Shown one piece after another: positions 28,620 through 39,119 of a stretch of DNA of 64,000 nt (position 1 is its first letter; the number at the start of each line of letters is the position of its first letter). The notes under the pieces are model-generated. The model saw nothing but the letters and a program-made list of their open reading frames with translations, was not told the origin of the DNA and did not search any database. The stretch is taken from positions 142,638 through 206,637 of the forward strand of contig CAYVLY010000001.1 in NCBI GenBank assembly GCA_964452565.1. Direction: 5' to 3'. Position numbers and translations under genes: made by a program. Source of the DNA: an uncultured Gammaproteobacteria bacterium (GTDB lineage Bacteria; Patescibacteriota; Patescibacteriia; UBA9934).

Positions 28620-29522
28620 ATGGAAAGAGAAATGCATCGAGAGATTGAGTCAGAGAAATACAATAGAGAGCTTTGGGAAAATCCAGAGATACTGACCCTT
28701 AGCATTAGAAGGCATACAGAGTACGACCCCAAGGGAGGTGATGGTGCTGATTCGCGTCCATTAGGCAGTATTTCTCCAAAGGGAAAGGAAATGGCCAAAG
28801 AAGCAGCAAAAGAATGGAAAGAAAGATTACCAAAGGGAGCTCATGTTGATATGTGGGAAAGTCCATCTGTTTTTTTCGCTGGACTAAGAGATACAAAAGA
28901 TGGGGGAAAGAAACCACTTTTACCAGCGCGATCAAGGCAAACCGCAAGTCTTTATGAAAAGGAGGTATTTGGTAAGCTTGCCCCAGCAAAGAAAACTGAA
29001 ATGGGACCGCAGTCTGTTAGACGTAAACGTGCCGATCTAATGGGCGACTTCACGGAAACTGCAACTGATCTCGATAAAATACCAGCTTTTTTTAAGGCTA
29101 AGGCGGCGGCATATAGAGGTGACAATGAACGATTTGCTCGTGATTATGCACGAAATGAACTTCCAGAAGAGGTTCATAAGGCGTTAAAGGATTTTGGTGG
29201 ATCAGACTCAGTAGACCACACCCAACATGTTATTGAGTTTTTAGAATCATTCATCCAGCAAAATGATGATCGTGACGAGAAAACAATAGGCCTTGTAATC
29301 TCTCATAGTGATTTGCTGGAATCATTCTCATATTTTGTAGAGAGATTTGTAGCAGAACAGCAAGGAGAACCTTCTGGTGAAGTTGAGCCTACTTCCTTTG
29401 AGCTAAACGAAGGAATTGATATTCACATTGATTCTGAGAATAACATAGTTGTTGAGCTTCAAGGTAGGGAGATAAGATTCAATATTGATGAATTCAAGCA
29501 ATTTATATCTGAGCAGAAATAG
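28620..29522 (+). CDS. Histidine-phosphatase-like hypothetical protein
   Basis: SIRRHTE, ESP...RSRQTA, VISH; same motif order as 24205..25065. Confidence 0.55.
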   Translation: MEREMHREIESEKYNRELWENPEILTLSIRRHTEYDPKGGDGADSRPLGSISPKGKEMAKEAAKEWKERLPKGAHVDMWESPSVFFAGLRDTKDGGKKPLLPARSRQTASLYEKEVFGKLAPAKKTEMGPQSVRRKRADLMGDFTETATDLDKIPAFFKAKAAAYRGDNERFARDYARNELPEEVHKALKDFGGSDSVDHTQHVIEFLESFIQQNDDRDEKTIGLVISHSDLLESFSYFVERFVAEQQGEPSGEVEPTSFELNEGIDIHIDSENNIVVELQGREIRFNIDEFKQFISEQK

Positions 29523-29536
29523 ATGAGCATCAAACT

Positions 29537-30529
29537 ATGAAGATATTTCTGAAAGTAATGACAAGGCCAATTAGTCTTTTTGATTGTGAGCGTTGGGATA
29601 TTGGTGAAAGAATCATGCTGCCGAAGAAATACATGAAGCTCCTCTATTTTGATCCATTGTTTATCTATTCTCCTGGGAGGGGAGTATCTGTTTTTTATAA
29701 CTATAGTGATCCTGGGCAGATTGTAGATCCGTTGATTGATTTTTTGTCAGATGATATCGAATGGTACAAAAAAATGGAGACAAAGTCTCATAACGACTGT
29801 GACCAATTGAAGAAAATGGTTGATCAAGAATCAAAAGATGCTGATGGTTTGCTAAAACTCATACTCGAGGTTAGCGCAACGCAAGCTGTAGCAAATTTGC
29901 TAGGAAGTACTGATGCTTACAATGTGCCAAAAGAAGTGCAAGAAATATCTATTCGTGTACGAGATTACAGTAACAAAATCTTTCACCAAGCAATTGCATA
30001 TGTAAGTAAGGTGATTGCAGAAGAACTTGGTAACAAGGATCTAGATTTTGTTTCTATGTCAGAAGTCACTGAGAACAAATTACCGTCAAAAAGTGAAATA
30101 TCTAAAAGACAGAAAGGTTGGTTATACTATAGGGGAGACATTTCGTTGGATCCGAAAAAATACATTGCTGACAATAAAATCAAGTTAATGCAGGAAATTT
30201 TTGATGCCAATGAAGAGATCAGAGGACAGACTGCATGTAAAGGTCAGGCCGAAGGGAAGGCAGTAGTCATCTTCGAACTTGACGATCTAAAAAGGGTTCA
30301 GAAAGGCAATATTATAGTTGCGCCCATGACTACTCCTGACATGATGACTGCAATAGGTAAGGCTGCGGCAATTATCACAGATGAAGGAGGTATTACATGT
30401 CATGCAGCTATAGTGAGTAGGGAATTGAAAATTCCATGTATCATTGGAACTGGAAATGCAACAAAGATGATAAAAGATGGTGATTTGTTGAAGGTAGATG
30501 CAAATAATGGGGTTGTTGAGAAGCTATGA
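29537..30529 (+). CDS. PEP-utilising enzyme mobile (phospho-His) domain protein
   Basis: IVAPMTTPD...AIITDEGGITCHAAIVSRELKIPCIIG. Confidence 0.88.
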   Translation: MKIFLKVMTRPISLFDCERWDIGERIMLPKKYMKLLYFDPLFIYSPGRGVSVFYNYSDPGQIVDPLIDFLSDDIEWYKKMETKSHNDCDQLKKMVDQESKDADGLLKLILEVSATQAVANLLGSTDAYNVPKEVQEISIRVRDYSNKIFHQAIAYVSKVIAEELGNKDLDFVSMSEVTENKLPSKSEISKRQKGWLYYRGDISLDPKKYIADNKIKLMQEIFDANEEIRGQTACKGQAEGKAVVIFELDDLKRVQKGNIIVAPMTTPDMMTAIGKAAAIITDEGGITCHAAIVSRELKIPCIIGTGNATKMIKDGDLLKVDANNGVVEKL

Positions 30530-30575
30530 TTGAGTTTTTTAGGAAAAGGTTGTAGTATCTGGACATAAAAAAGAT

Positions 30576-31475
30576 ATGGAATGCAAATCCTGCGGAAAAA
30601 CTGAAAAGACTAAATTTCTGAAAAAAATAAAGAAATTTCGAATTTATCACTGCTTATGCTGTGATCTTATTTTTTCAAGGACTCAAATATGCTCTAGTAG
30701 AAAGTGGTATGAAAAAGTTCTTGCCGATAGGACAGCCATGGTCTCACCAGAAGTTTGGCTAAAATGGCAGGTAAAAGTATATGGTAGATTTTTAGAAAAG
30801 CCATCTTGTGAACGGACTCTATTAGATGTAGGGTGCGGCGATGGTGAATTTCTAAAACAAGCTAAGGATCGTGGATATGTCGCTACTGGAATTGACCTCA
30901 ATAGGATACTAGTGTCCAAAATCAAACAGAAATATGATCTGGACATTCACGCAATCAGCATTGAAGACTTTGTTGAGCAATTTCCAGAAAAAAAATTCGA
31001 CATCGTTACATTTTTCCAGGTCTTAGAGCATATGGTTGATCCTGACCATTTTATGAGCTTAATAAAGAGTAGGTTAAATAACCGGGGGTGTGTCGCGTTG
31101 AGCGTTCCAAATAGAAATCGTTTTGAACTTGACCTAAAAAGGTTTCCAAAATGGGACTCCCCACCACATCATTACACCTGGTGGAGTAAAAAATCCTTGA
31201 AGAAGTTTTTGATAGCTAGAGGATTGAAGGTCTTGGATCTGGTTGTGTTTAAAAAGGAAATAGAACTTGAGTTCAGATCTAGAGATAGTAAAGATAAATA
31301 CCCCGGATTAATCAAGCGCTTACCATTTTGCGGCATGCTGAAATACTTTTCCTACAAAAATATTATTGCTCCAATTCTGTTAGGACTTAAGGTGAGACGA
31401 GTCATTCATTTAAAAATCACAGTACAAGGCCCTTATCTATATGCACTAGCCATGCACACAAATGAGAATTTATAG
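30576..31475 (+). CDS. Class I SAM methyltransferase with N-terminal zinc ribbon
   Basis: CKSCG...CLCCD, LLDVGCGDG, QVLEH, SVPN, PPHH. Confidence 0.85.
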   Translation: MECKSCGKTEKTKFLKKIKKFRIYHCLCCDLIFSRTQICSSRKWYEKVLADRTAMVSPEVWLKWQVKVYGRFLEKPSCERTLLDVGCGDGEFLKQAKDRGYVATGIDLNRILVSKIKQKYDLDIHAISIEDFVEQFPEKKFDIVTFFQVLEHMVDPDHFMSLIKSRLNNRGCVALSVPNRNRFELDLKRFPKWDSPPHHYTWWSKKSLKKFLIARGLKVLDLVVFKKEIELEFRSRDSKDKYPGLIKRLPFCGMLKYFSYKNIIAPILLGLKVRRVIHLKITVQGPYLYALAMHTNENL

Positions 31476-31523
31476 AGTGATAAAAAAGACCGCCTCGAGG
31501 GCGATCTTTTTTAATCTTGATGA

Positions 31524-33722
31524 TTAATATTTGAATGACACCTTGTCTTTGTACTCGTATGCTCCGCGGTCGATCTTTGAACCATACTTTTCCCAATCTG
31601 CATAATATTCAGATATATCAACTCCTGAATCAATTGCTGGTGACATAGATTTCAAGGAGAAGTCGAATGCAAGCGCATCAGTGAACTCTGGATCAACGAA
31701 TAAGTCGTTTTCACCAGCAGTTGTGCCGTCCTTACTTTGTCCATATTGAGGATTTCGGCAAGACTGTCCGCGCTTAGAATCATCACAACTAGCGTCCTTT
31801 CCATTATTACCACTCAAAATATTGTAATCATGATTTGTACCTGGATCTAGAATTCCAGCAGAAGCATTGAAGTACACGATATTATTGAGCATCGCAATAT
31901 CGTCGCTCTCAAGTGATGTCAGACCGGATTCTTCATTACATGCGATTGTATTGTTAAGAGCTTCACCTGTTGCGCCTTCAGTAAAGACGATTCCACCCTT
32001 TTTATTCCAGTAAACATCATTACCAACAATCGTACAGTGACTATCACCATATTCAGAACCATTACATGCGATTCCGCGTTTTGTGTTACTAAACGACTTG
32101 TTATCCACGATAAGAACGTAACTGTCATCCATTACATACCCTTCATCCTCACCAGCGTATTCATTTCGAACTGCAATTCCAGATACTTTAGTGTCGTATA
32201 CAATGTTTCCTTGGATGATTACAGGTTCATCTGGGAGTCCAGCGCCATCAATCGCGATTCCACCCATGTTTTCCTCTGGGGTACCTCCAAATCCATTATC
32301 AAACACGATGTTGTTAAGAATCACAGACTGAGTTCGCTCATCAATATGATTGCAGGTTGTTGGATCCTCAGCGCACTCATCAGCTGGCTGTAGGTATCCC
32401 TGTCGCGCAGCAATTCCTACCCACGCGTTTTCATACACAATGTTGTACGAGATAAGAGTTTTTGCACCATGCCGGTTTCCAATACCTGGAGACTGATGGT
32501 CAGACTCTTCCCCTGGGACCTGGTTCCAGAATGCCTCATTTCCTGTCATTACAGCACTTGAATAGTGGTTATTACCTAAACCAAGCCCATTGTTTTGATA
32601 TGAGATGTTTCCGTAAACAAGTGGTACTGGTCGATATTTGACGTTGCTACTACGATAATCTGCATTAGTGAATGTTGCTTGCTCCAGCGACGGATCATAC
32701 GCACATGATGGAGTAATAGGCGTGATGTCCTCGAAACTTGCGTGAACACCAACTCCAGTTGATCCGTTATTGAAGATTATGTTATTCGCGATTATCGGAG
32801 ACCCACCACGAGCCTGAAGTGTATGTCCATGACCTGGGATAGTGTGATCTTGCTCAGGCATAAGAGTCACAGTGAATCCATCAAATACGGTATTACGAGT
32901 CGTTCCTTCAACAAAATCCACCATTGGGCGTCGATTTCCACACCCAGTTCCATCAACTGATGGATCGATCGTATCTCCAAGTGTTGGACCCCCTTCATAC
33001 CCCTCACCCATGAGGATAGTACGTGTTGATCGAAGTAGGGGATCTGTATAAGTCTCATGCTCCTCCATCACGATACGCTCTCCAGTTTCGTAGTAATGCT
33101 CGAGATCAATGCGTTCAGCTGTATAATCTACGCGTTCGTTTCCATCTTGCTCTGTCCCATCCTCATTCCATACGTCAGAGTAGATCTGCACATCCTTACC
33201 TTCGATCCTTAGGTATTCTTGATATACACCAGGACGGACAATAATCATATCGCAGTGTACTGATGCATCAATTGCACCTTGAATTGTGTCGTATAAACCA
33301 TCAAAGTCACCATTGATCCATCTTGGATCACTTTCACCCTCCTGACTTACAAGTAATACGTTTTGATTAACTTCATTACATGAAGTTCGGCTTGCCATCA
33401 TTTCAACGTAAGCAATTTCAGCCGCCTCAAAAGGGGCGACTGTGTCAAACTCAGGAACTTCATACCGCTCATCGGCATAAGGATCCTGTGTTGCAATATC
33501 AAAATCTGGATATTCTTCTCCGCAATATTCCTCGTCCTGGCCATCAGCATCGCTGCCGCTTATTCCGGCACGAGTGTAGTCTGTGCTACTAGCATCACTT
33601 GAATCGTGTCCATGGCCGTGATCATCTCCATTTGCATGTGCATGATCATCATCAAACAGGCTACAACCCGACAGTATGATGGATATAATAAAGACAGACA
33701 CTAAGATCGTGAATTTCGTCAT
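31524..33722 (-). CDS. Lipoprotein with right-handed beta-helix (pectin-lyase-like) repeats and His-rich N-terminus
   Basis: LSGC lipobox, HAHANGDDHGHGH, TIQGAID, repeated NIVY.N...GI, SPAIDSG...DRGAYE. Confidence 0.75.
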   Translation of the reverse strand: MTKFTILVSVFIISIILSGCSLFDDDHAHANGDDHGHGHDSSDASSTDYTRAGISGSDADGQDEEYCGEEYPDFDIATQDPYADERYEVPEFDTVAPFEAAEIAYVEMMASRTSCNEVNQNVLLVSQEGESDPRWINGDFDGLYDTIQGAIDASVHCDMIIVRPGVYQEYLRIEGKDVQIYSDVWNEDGTEQDGNERVDYTAERIDLEHYYETGERIVMEEHETYTDPLLRSTRTILMGEGYEGGPTLGDTIDPSVDGTGCGNRRPMVDFVEGTTRNTVFDGFTVTLMPEQDHTIPGHGHTLQARGGSPIIANNIIFNNGSTGVGVHASFEDITPITPSCAYDPSLEQATFTNADYRSSNVKYRPVPLVYGNISYQNNGLGLGNNHYSSAVMTGNEAFWNQVPGEESDHQSPGIGNRHGAKTLISYNIVYENAWVGIAARQGYLQPADECAEDPTTCNHIDERTQSVILNNIVFDNGFGGTPEENMGGIAIDGAGLPDEPVIIQGNIVYDTKVSGIAVRNEYAGEDEGYVMDDSYVLIVDNKSFSNTKRGIACNGSEYGDSHCTIVGNDVYWNKKGGIVFTEGATGEALNNTIACNEESGLTSLESDDIAMLNNIVYFNASAGILDPGTNHDYNILSGNNGKDASCDDSKRGQSCRNPQYGQSKDGTTAGENDLFVDPEFTDALAFDFSLKSMSPAIDSGVDISEYYADWEKYGSKIDRGAYEYKDKVSFKY

Positions 33723-33910
33723 AAGCTTTATAATTATATATGCCCATATTAGTTTTTAGGCTTGAATTATGTATCTTTTCAGTATATTCCGGCGTTTTTT
33801 TAAAAACAATAATGATAGTGGGTAACTATCATATTATTTAGCGCCTCTACTTCCTTATACGCCAGTATTCGGAGTTTTGATTCAAAATCGAGGCATTTCT
33901 GCCTCGATCC

Positions 33911-34999
33911 TTACTTTATTACTTTGATCGTATTCACGTTGTCATCCGTGAACCGTATCTTAAATCGAATGACTCCGATTGTCTGGCCGCGTTCGGTTTG
34001 GACGTTCACCCGCCAGAAGCCTTCAGATAACTGAGATTTTCGAGAGTATCCGCGGTAACCCTCATCTCGACCGCCATAAATCTGAAATGAAAGTTCATCT
34101 TTAGTAATCCAACGCTTTGAATCAGAATCAAAATGCTGCCACTCATGGACGATCTGCGTGTTTAAATCGAACGGTGCAAAGATAGCAGAATAGACATAAA
34201 CTGATTGTCCCTCTTCAACATGAATAGTCTCACCTGGAATTATTTTTTCAAAAATGTTCTGACTCTCTGCTTCAAGAATATAATTACCATTAGACCGAGA
34301 TACGCTATGATATACACCACCTTCTGTGAGTGATAATGGGATCGGCGGAATCAGGTTTGTGAAGTACAACAGATTCATGAGGCCAAATATGATTAGCGCG
34401 ATAATCTTGAGTTTCTTTGCAACCGGCCTAAGCTTTGATACTCGATCAACTGCAAATCGAAGATATCCATATCCAATCAATAAACTAAGAATGCCGCCTA
34501 ACACAAAAATCCATGCTGAGATCGAGTTAAACAGATACGGCAGCATCAAAGTCAAAAGCGACAGAGTAATAAAGTAGTATACACTAATCTGAATCACTGG
34601 ACGCATGTAATACTTTCGAAATGCTTCGTTCGCGATCATCAAAAATGCGATCAAGAACATGAATGGCCAGCTTACAGAAAAGGATCCAGAAAACCAATAA
34701 AAGATAAACGAAGCGCTCAATGTAGCACCAAATGTGAATTGGATGATTAGAGGCGCGAGTACTCGATAATATCGAGTTACTATGTTTCGATCAGTTGTTT
34801 CTATTGAACCATTGCGGTGCATAAAAATGATGGTGCCGCCTGCAATGAACCAGTACACGATAAGTACGATAAACGCAGAGCTGATCTTGATAGTTCGAAA
34901 AGTAACAAAATCAACAATTACACCCAAGATCAACATCGTAGGAATCAAAACACGTTCATTGCGCTTGTACCAGCGCTTTAGCTTTGTCAGAAAAAGCAT
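33911..34999 (-). CDS. DUF2914-like membrane protein
   Basis: TM region, then IPPIPLSL...SAIFAP...HEW...GGRDEGYRGYS...G.WRV. Confidence 0.75.
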   Translation of the reverse strand: MLFLTKLKRWYKRNERVLIPTMLILGVIVDFVTFRTIKISSAFIVLIVYWFIAGGTIIFMHRNGSIETTDRNIVTRYYRVLAPLIIQFTFGATLSASFIFYWFSGSFSVSWPFMFLIAFLMIANEAFRKYYMRPVIQISVYYFITLSLLTLMLPYLFNSISAWIFVLGGILSLLIGYGYLRFAVDRVSKLRPVAKKLKIIALIIFGLMNLLYFTNLIPPIPLSLTEGGVYHSVSRSNGNYILEAESQNIFEKIIPGETIHVEEGQSVYVYSAIFAPFDLNTQIVHEWQHFDSDSKRWITKDELSFQIYGGRDEGYRGYSRKSQLSEGFWRVNVQTERGQTIGVIRFKIRFTDDNVNTIKVIK

Positions 35000-35038
35000 G
35001 GCTCTATTATAACAGAACATTTGTGATAAAATCAGGTC

Positions 35039-35470
35039 ATGAACACAGACCAGACAGCCATGTTTTTGAGTGATGAGAATCAGCCACAAGATGAGTGGCT
35101 ACAGTTGCATGCCGTGATCGTCGACCGTGGGTCAAAGTATAGTGTCACGGCAGGGCGAGTTCGATCGAAGAATGAGCTCGACGCTTTTCTCAAACGCATC
35201 GAATCTGACAAGAAATATCGAAAGGCAACTCATAATATTTATGCCGCCCGTCTCATCGAAAACGACAAAGTAGTTGACATCAAGAACGACGACGGCGAAA
35301 CTGGCGCTGGAATGATCATCTTGCGTGAACTTCAAAGATCGAATATTGCAAATATCATAGTTGTTGTCACACGGTGGTATGGCGGGGTTATGCTTCACGG
35401 CGATCGATTCAAGCATGTACAAGATGCTGCTCATGAGATAGTCTCAAGACTTACATATGGCGATTCATAA
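35039..35470 (+). CDS. YigZ/IMPACT family protein
   Basis: RGSKY, KATHNIYA.R, DDGETGAG, VVTRWYGG..L. Confidence 0.88.
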   Translation: MNTDQTAMFLSDENQPQDEWLQLHAVIVDRGSKYSVTAGRVRSKNELDAFLKRIESDKKYRKATHNIYAARLIENDKVVDIKNDDGETGAGMIILRELQRSNIANIIVVVTRWYGGVMLHGDRFKHVQDAAHEIVSRLTYGDS

Positions 35471-36221
35471 TCTATACAAACCAATCGGGATATCTCCACT
35501 TGATCTAATTGATCAATATAATGCTAAGAACCCCAAGCTATCTGATCAAAAGATGACATATGCTGGTCGTTTAGATCCAATGGCTGAGGGAGTTGTCTTG
35601 ATTCTATCTGGCGAGGATCGACACAAAAAAGATGAATATCTGAAGCTTGATAAAAAGTATCGCGCGCAGATGCTGTTTGGCATCGAATCCGATACTTATG
35701 ATGTTCTTGGCATGCCATCAAAATCGATGCATGCTAACGTCCTCCCCCTTCCCAAGGGGGAGTTAGATGGGGTTGCCGATTATCTAATTGGCACTCATCC
35801 AATCAAGGTACCGCCATACTCATCAGTGATAGTTAATCGAAAACCATTATTTGAATGGGCGCGGTCTGGTCAGATCGATCAAGTCGATATCCCTGAACGT
35901 GAGATGACTGTCAAAAGTGCAGCACTTATCGAATCCAAAACGATCAACAGCGCTGACCTACTCAAACTGATCGAAAGCAAAATCCAAAAAGTAAAAGGCG
36001 ACTTTCGACAAGAGCAAATCCTCAAATCTTGGCGAAAAAAATTAAGGGGTCAGACCCAGATTTTTAAAGTATTAACAATCGACCTACACGTCACATCTGG
36101 CACATATATAAGATCACTTGCCCATGAGCTTGGACAGAAACTTGGCTCAGGTGCAATTCTATTAGGACTTACACGAACTGCCGTAGGCGAGTATACTATA
36201 GATAATTCAACTAAACTTTAA
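35457..36221 (+). CDS. truB: tRNA pseudouridine synthase B
   Basis: KPIGISP, YAGRLDPMAEGV, DTYD, PPYSS, SGTYIRSLA. Confidence 0.9.
   Translation: MAIHNLYKPIGISPLDLIDQYNAKNPKLSDQKMTYAGRLDPMAEGVVLILSGEDRHKKDEYLKLDKKYRAQMLFGIESDTYDVLGMPSKSMHANVLPLPKGELDGVADYLIGTHPIKVPPYSSVIVNRKPLFEWARSGQIDQVDIPEREMTVKSAALIESKTINSADLLKLIESKIQKVKGDFRQEQILKSWRKKLRGQTQIFKVLTIDLHVTSGTYIRSLAHELGQKLGSGAILLGLTRTAVGEYTIDNSTKL
35741..35777. repeat. REP-like palindromic element (family A) inside truB
   Basis: CTCCCCCTT-ccc-AAGGGGGAG-TTAGATGGGGTTGCC. Confidence 0.8.
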
Positions 36222-36224
36222 TCT

Positions 36225-37052
36225 ATGATTAAAAAAATCGGGTTTTTGCTTATTTTGGCAATGCTTGCGTCAGGCTGTGGCATTCAAGAACAAATTACTT
36301 CAGATAATCAGAATGTCGATTTTTTCATAGCAGTACATCTTGACCCTGTTCTTGAAAACTATGAGCAGGGTACAACAAATCGTCCGATGCGATACTGGGA
36401 TAGTGTGGTCGGTCTTGTTGAGGCTGCCGATTATTACGATCAAAAGTTAACATTAATGATGAACCCGCAGTGGGGGCTATATATACTTGAAGATGATGAC
36501 CGCTTGGAGCTAGTTCGAAGCTGGGAAAAAAATGGTCATGAAATAACAGTTCACTACCATGGACCCGAAATGGGGGAAAATTGGAGCGGTTATACAAACC
36601 AAGAACGATTCTTTGATGATGAACGATTTCAAGGGACTACTGAGGATCTTATGGCTATAATGACTGAGATTCCAGCTTCTGGCGAAATATCAACATGCAC
36701 AATTAATGACTTTGATGCGCCATATGAGTTTCCAGAGGACGTCCCATATTCTACAGACGGTGGAAAGTATGGCTTTGACGATCTCATAAGTACACCTGAG
36801 AAAATAACACTCAATAGTCAGGACGTTTTGCAGGTTTTGCATGCTAAATATGGAGAAGGTGACACAAGCAGTGTTAGTCTTGATGATATTAAAATTGCAG
36901 TTGATACAGTTGAGTCAAATGAGGTCATCGGAATCGTGTTCCATGACAGAGCCTTTGAAAACAATCCATACGCATATCTACTTTTGTTTGAATACTTGAA
37001 ATCTGTTAATCTACAAACACAAACAGTTTCTCAAATACTCAATAACTACTAA
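36225..37052 (+). CDS. Lipoprotein, polysaccharide-deacetylase-like
   Basis: ASGC lipobox, AVHLD, KLTL, GHEITVHYH, VFH. Confidence 0.6.
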   Translation: MIKKIGFLLILAMLASGCGIQEQITSDNQNVDFFIAVHLDPVLENYEQGTTNRPMRYWDSVVGLVEAADYYDQKLTLMMNPQWGLYILEDDDRLELVRSWEKNGHEITVHYHGPEMGENWSGYTNQERFFDDERFQGTTEDLMAIMTEIPASGEISTCTINDFDAPYEFPEDVPYSTDGGKYGFDDLISTPEKITLNSQDVLQVLHAKYGEGDTSSVSLDDIKIAVDTVESNEVIGIVFHDRAFENNPYAYLLLFEYLKSVNLQTQTVSQILNNY

Positions 37053-37054
37053 TT

Positions 37055-37591
37055 ATGTCACAAGAATCGTACGAAAGAGAGCGCCAAGGCTTTATTGAAT
37101 CAAAGAAGATGCGGATCAGGGATAAACTTGAGAAGATCAAACAAGAAGGTGAGATTGAGTTCGACATTGAAACTGACGGAATCCCTGCGGATAAGATAAC
37201 AGAGGATCTTCTAGTTGAAATAAACGGTCTGCTGGGTGCAATCCATAAAGACGGGAACTTTTTTAATGAGCACAGGCTCCGAGCTTCAGTAAGAAGAGCT
37301 CTTCGACGTGAAAAAATAACCTTGGATGAAAAAGGTCTTTCGGAGTATAGCGCTAGCGGTGATAACTATATTGAATTTTCTGGAAACGATAAGTATGGAA
37401 TTACGATCGGGCTTTGCATGGGTGAATATCAATCAGTAGAAAATGCCAATGAACTCAAAGACAGGGTATTTATTCTTCTATTCAGTAGACACGCAATGGA
37501 TAAGGAGTGGTTGCAGAAAATAACTGCACCACTAATCGATGCAGGGCTCCCACTGCAACCCTACATTCAAGAGATACTGACGCAGGAATAA
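37055..37591 (+). CDS. Hypothetical protein
   Basis: 178-aa ORF coupled to the upstream gene; terminator at 37592-37618. Confidence 0.6.
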   Translation: MSQESYERERQGFIESKKMRIRDKLEKIKQEGEIEFDIETDGIPADKITEDLLVEINGLLGAIHKDGNFFNEHRLRASVRRALRREKITLDEKGLSEYSASGDNYIEFSGNDKYGITIGLCMGEYQSVENANELKDRVFILLFSRHAMDKEWLQKITAPLIDAGLPLQPYIQEILTQE

Positions 37592-37619
37592 CAAAAACGG
37601 GCCCTAGGCCCGTTTTTGA

Positions 37620-39014
37620 TTAGAAAAGTTTATCTATTATAACTACGGCGCTGAAGAATCCAAAGAATAAGAATATCAATCCCATAATCAACTTTCGCCA
37701 CAAGCGGGCTCGTGCAAACTTTGGAAGTGCTTTTTGATTCAAATATGTGACAAGTCCGACGTGGACGAACATTGCAAATGCGTTTATGACAGCACCCAAT
37801 ACGATCAATGTCTTTGGCTCTGAGAAGTCAAACAAGAAAAGTAGCGAACCAAATGCAATCTGCGCCCATACAAAGACTGAATAAATTTTTGATAAGTGAA
37901 CTTCACCCTTGTGACCGTTTTTGATCCTGGTTATTGCCAGATTCTCAGCCATGATGCGAGATGTGGAGTCCATCACTCCAAGTTGAGTCTGGAAGAGCAT
38001 GATTGTAACAACTACCAAGAAAAGCACACCTGCCCAGGGTCCGATAACCGATCCAATCGCAGAACCTTCGAAAATCACGAAGTTGATACCCTCAGCAGTG
38101 CCCTCGATTCCAAAAGTTGTACTGTAGGCCAGGATCATCAACAATAAGATCGAAATGGCACCGATTAGCCAAAATACAATCGCATGTTCGATACTGACAC
38201 GTTTCCACCATATACGAAAACGGTTCTGAGCCTCTTTAGTTTGCTCAAACTCTTCACCTTTGAGCTTTACAGACTGACCATCCTTAAACAGCGTGAATAG
38301 TCCTGAGATCTTTTGCGCATACTTTCCCATTCCATAGCCTTTTTCTTTTACATAGATCGACTGCGTAAGGTTTAGGTTTCCACCAGCGCCTGCATAGGCA
38401 AATGCTCCTAAGAACGTTGCAAGCACAATCCCTTCTGGAATAAATCGATATCCTTCACCTTGACCAACCACACCTTGAGCAAGAGTGATCCAATCAGAAG
38501 CGTCTGTGAGAATAATCACCAAAATGAAAACAAACGGCACGCCAAATAATATTATCGTCTTTGTAATTCGTTCCATCATTCCGTACACTGTCTTTCCCGC
38601 GCTTAAGATAATTCCGATGAGTACTAAGAATCCGATTGCAACAAATCGATGTTCTTCAAAGCCCACGATTGATGAAAACACTTTTGCAGATGCAGCAATA
38701 ATTCCAGGAATACCAAAACCAATAAACGTGGAAAAGATGAACCATGCGGGCGCTAACTTGAAAAACTTTGCAATTCCAACGAAAACACTTTCACCTTTTA
38801 CAAGCGCATATCGCTCAATCTCCATGTTCATGAAGTATTGGAATGTAATCCCGATCATTGCACCCCAGGCGATACCTAAACCATAATTTGATGCAAGATA
38901 CGGCCACAAGATGACCTCACCAGATCCAAGCCCAAGCGCGAGTATTATAAAACTCGGCCCGATCAGTTTCTTCAGTGGCAGGGCCTTTGGAAAGGTCTTT
39001 TTCGTATTGGTCAT
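37620..39014 (-). CDS. Nramp-like divalent metal transporter
   Basis: IGPSFIILALGLGSGE.ILWP, EIERY, YAGAGG, multi-TM. Confidence 0.8.
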   Translation of the reverse strand: MTNTKKTFPKALPLKKLIGPSFIILALGLGSGEVILWPYLASNYGLGIAWGAMIGITFQYFMNMEIERYALVKGESVFVGIAKFFKLAPAWFIFSTFIGFGIPGIIAASAKVFSSIVGFEEHRFVAIGFLVLIGIILSAGKTVYGMMERITKTIILFGVPFVFILVIILTDASDWITLAQGVVGQGEGYRFIPEGIVLATFLGAFAYAGAGGNLNLTQSIYVKEKGYGMGKYAQKISGLFTLFKDGQSVKLKGEEFEQTKEAQNRFRIWWKRVSIEHAIVFWLIGAISILLLMILAYSTTFGIEGTAEGINFVIFEGSAIGSVIGPWAGVLFLVVVTIMLFQTQLGVMDSTSRIMAENLAITRIKNGHKGEVHLSKIYSVFVWAQIAFGSLLFLFDFSEPKTLIVLGAVINAFAMFVHVGLVTYLNQKALPKFARARLWRKLIMGLIFLFFGFFSAVVIIDKLF

Positions 39015-39076
39015 AATGAAATCATTATAACAGAAACCAGGGCCCTTAAGCCCTGGTCTTTGTGCTTTCTAAATAT

Positions 39077-39114
39077 GGCAACCACCCCTAACCCCTCCTT
39101 AGGAAGGAGGGGAA
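39077..39114. repeat. REP-like palindromic element (family A), intergenic
   Basis: GGCAACCACCCCTAA-CCCCTCCTT-agg-AAGGAGGGG. Confidence 0.75.
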
Positions 39115-39119
39115 TCGAA

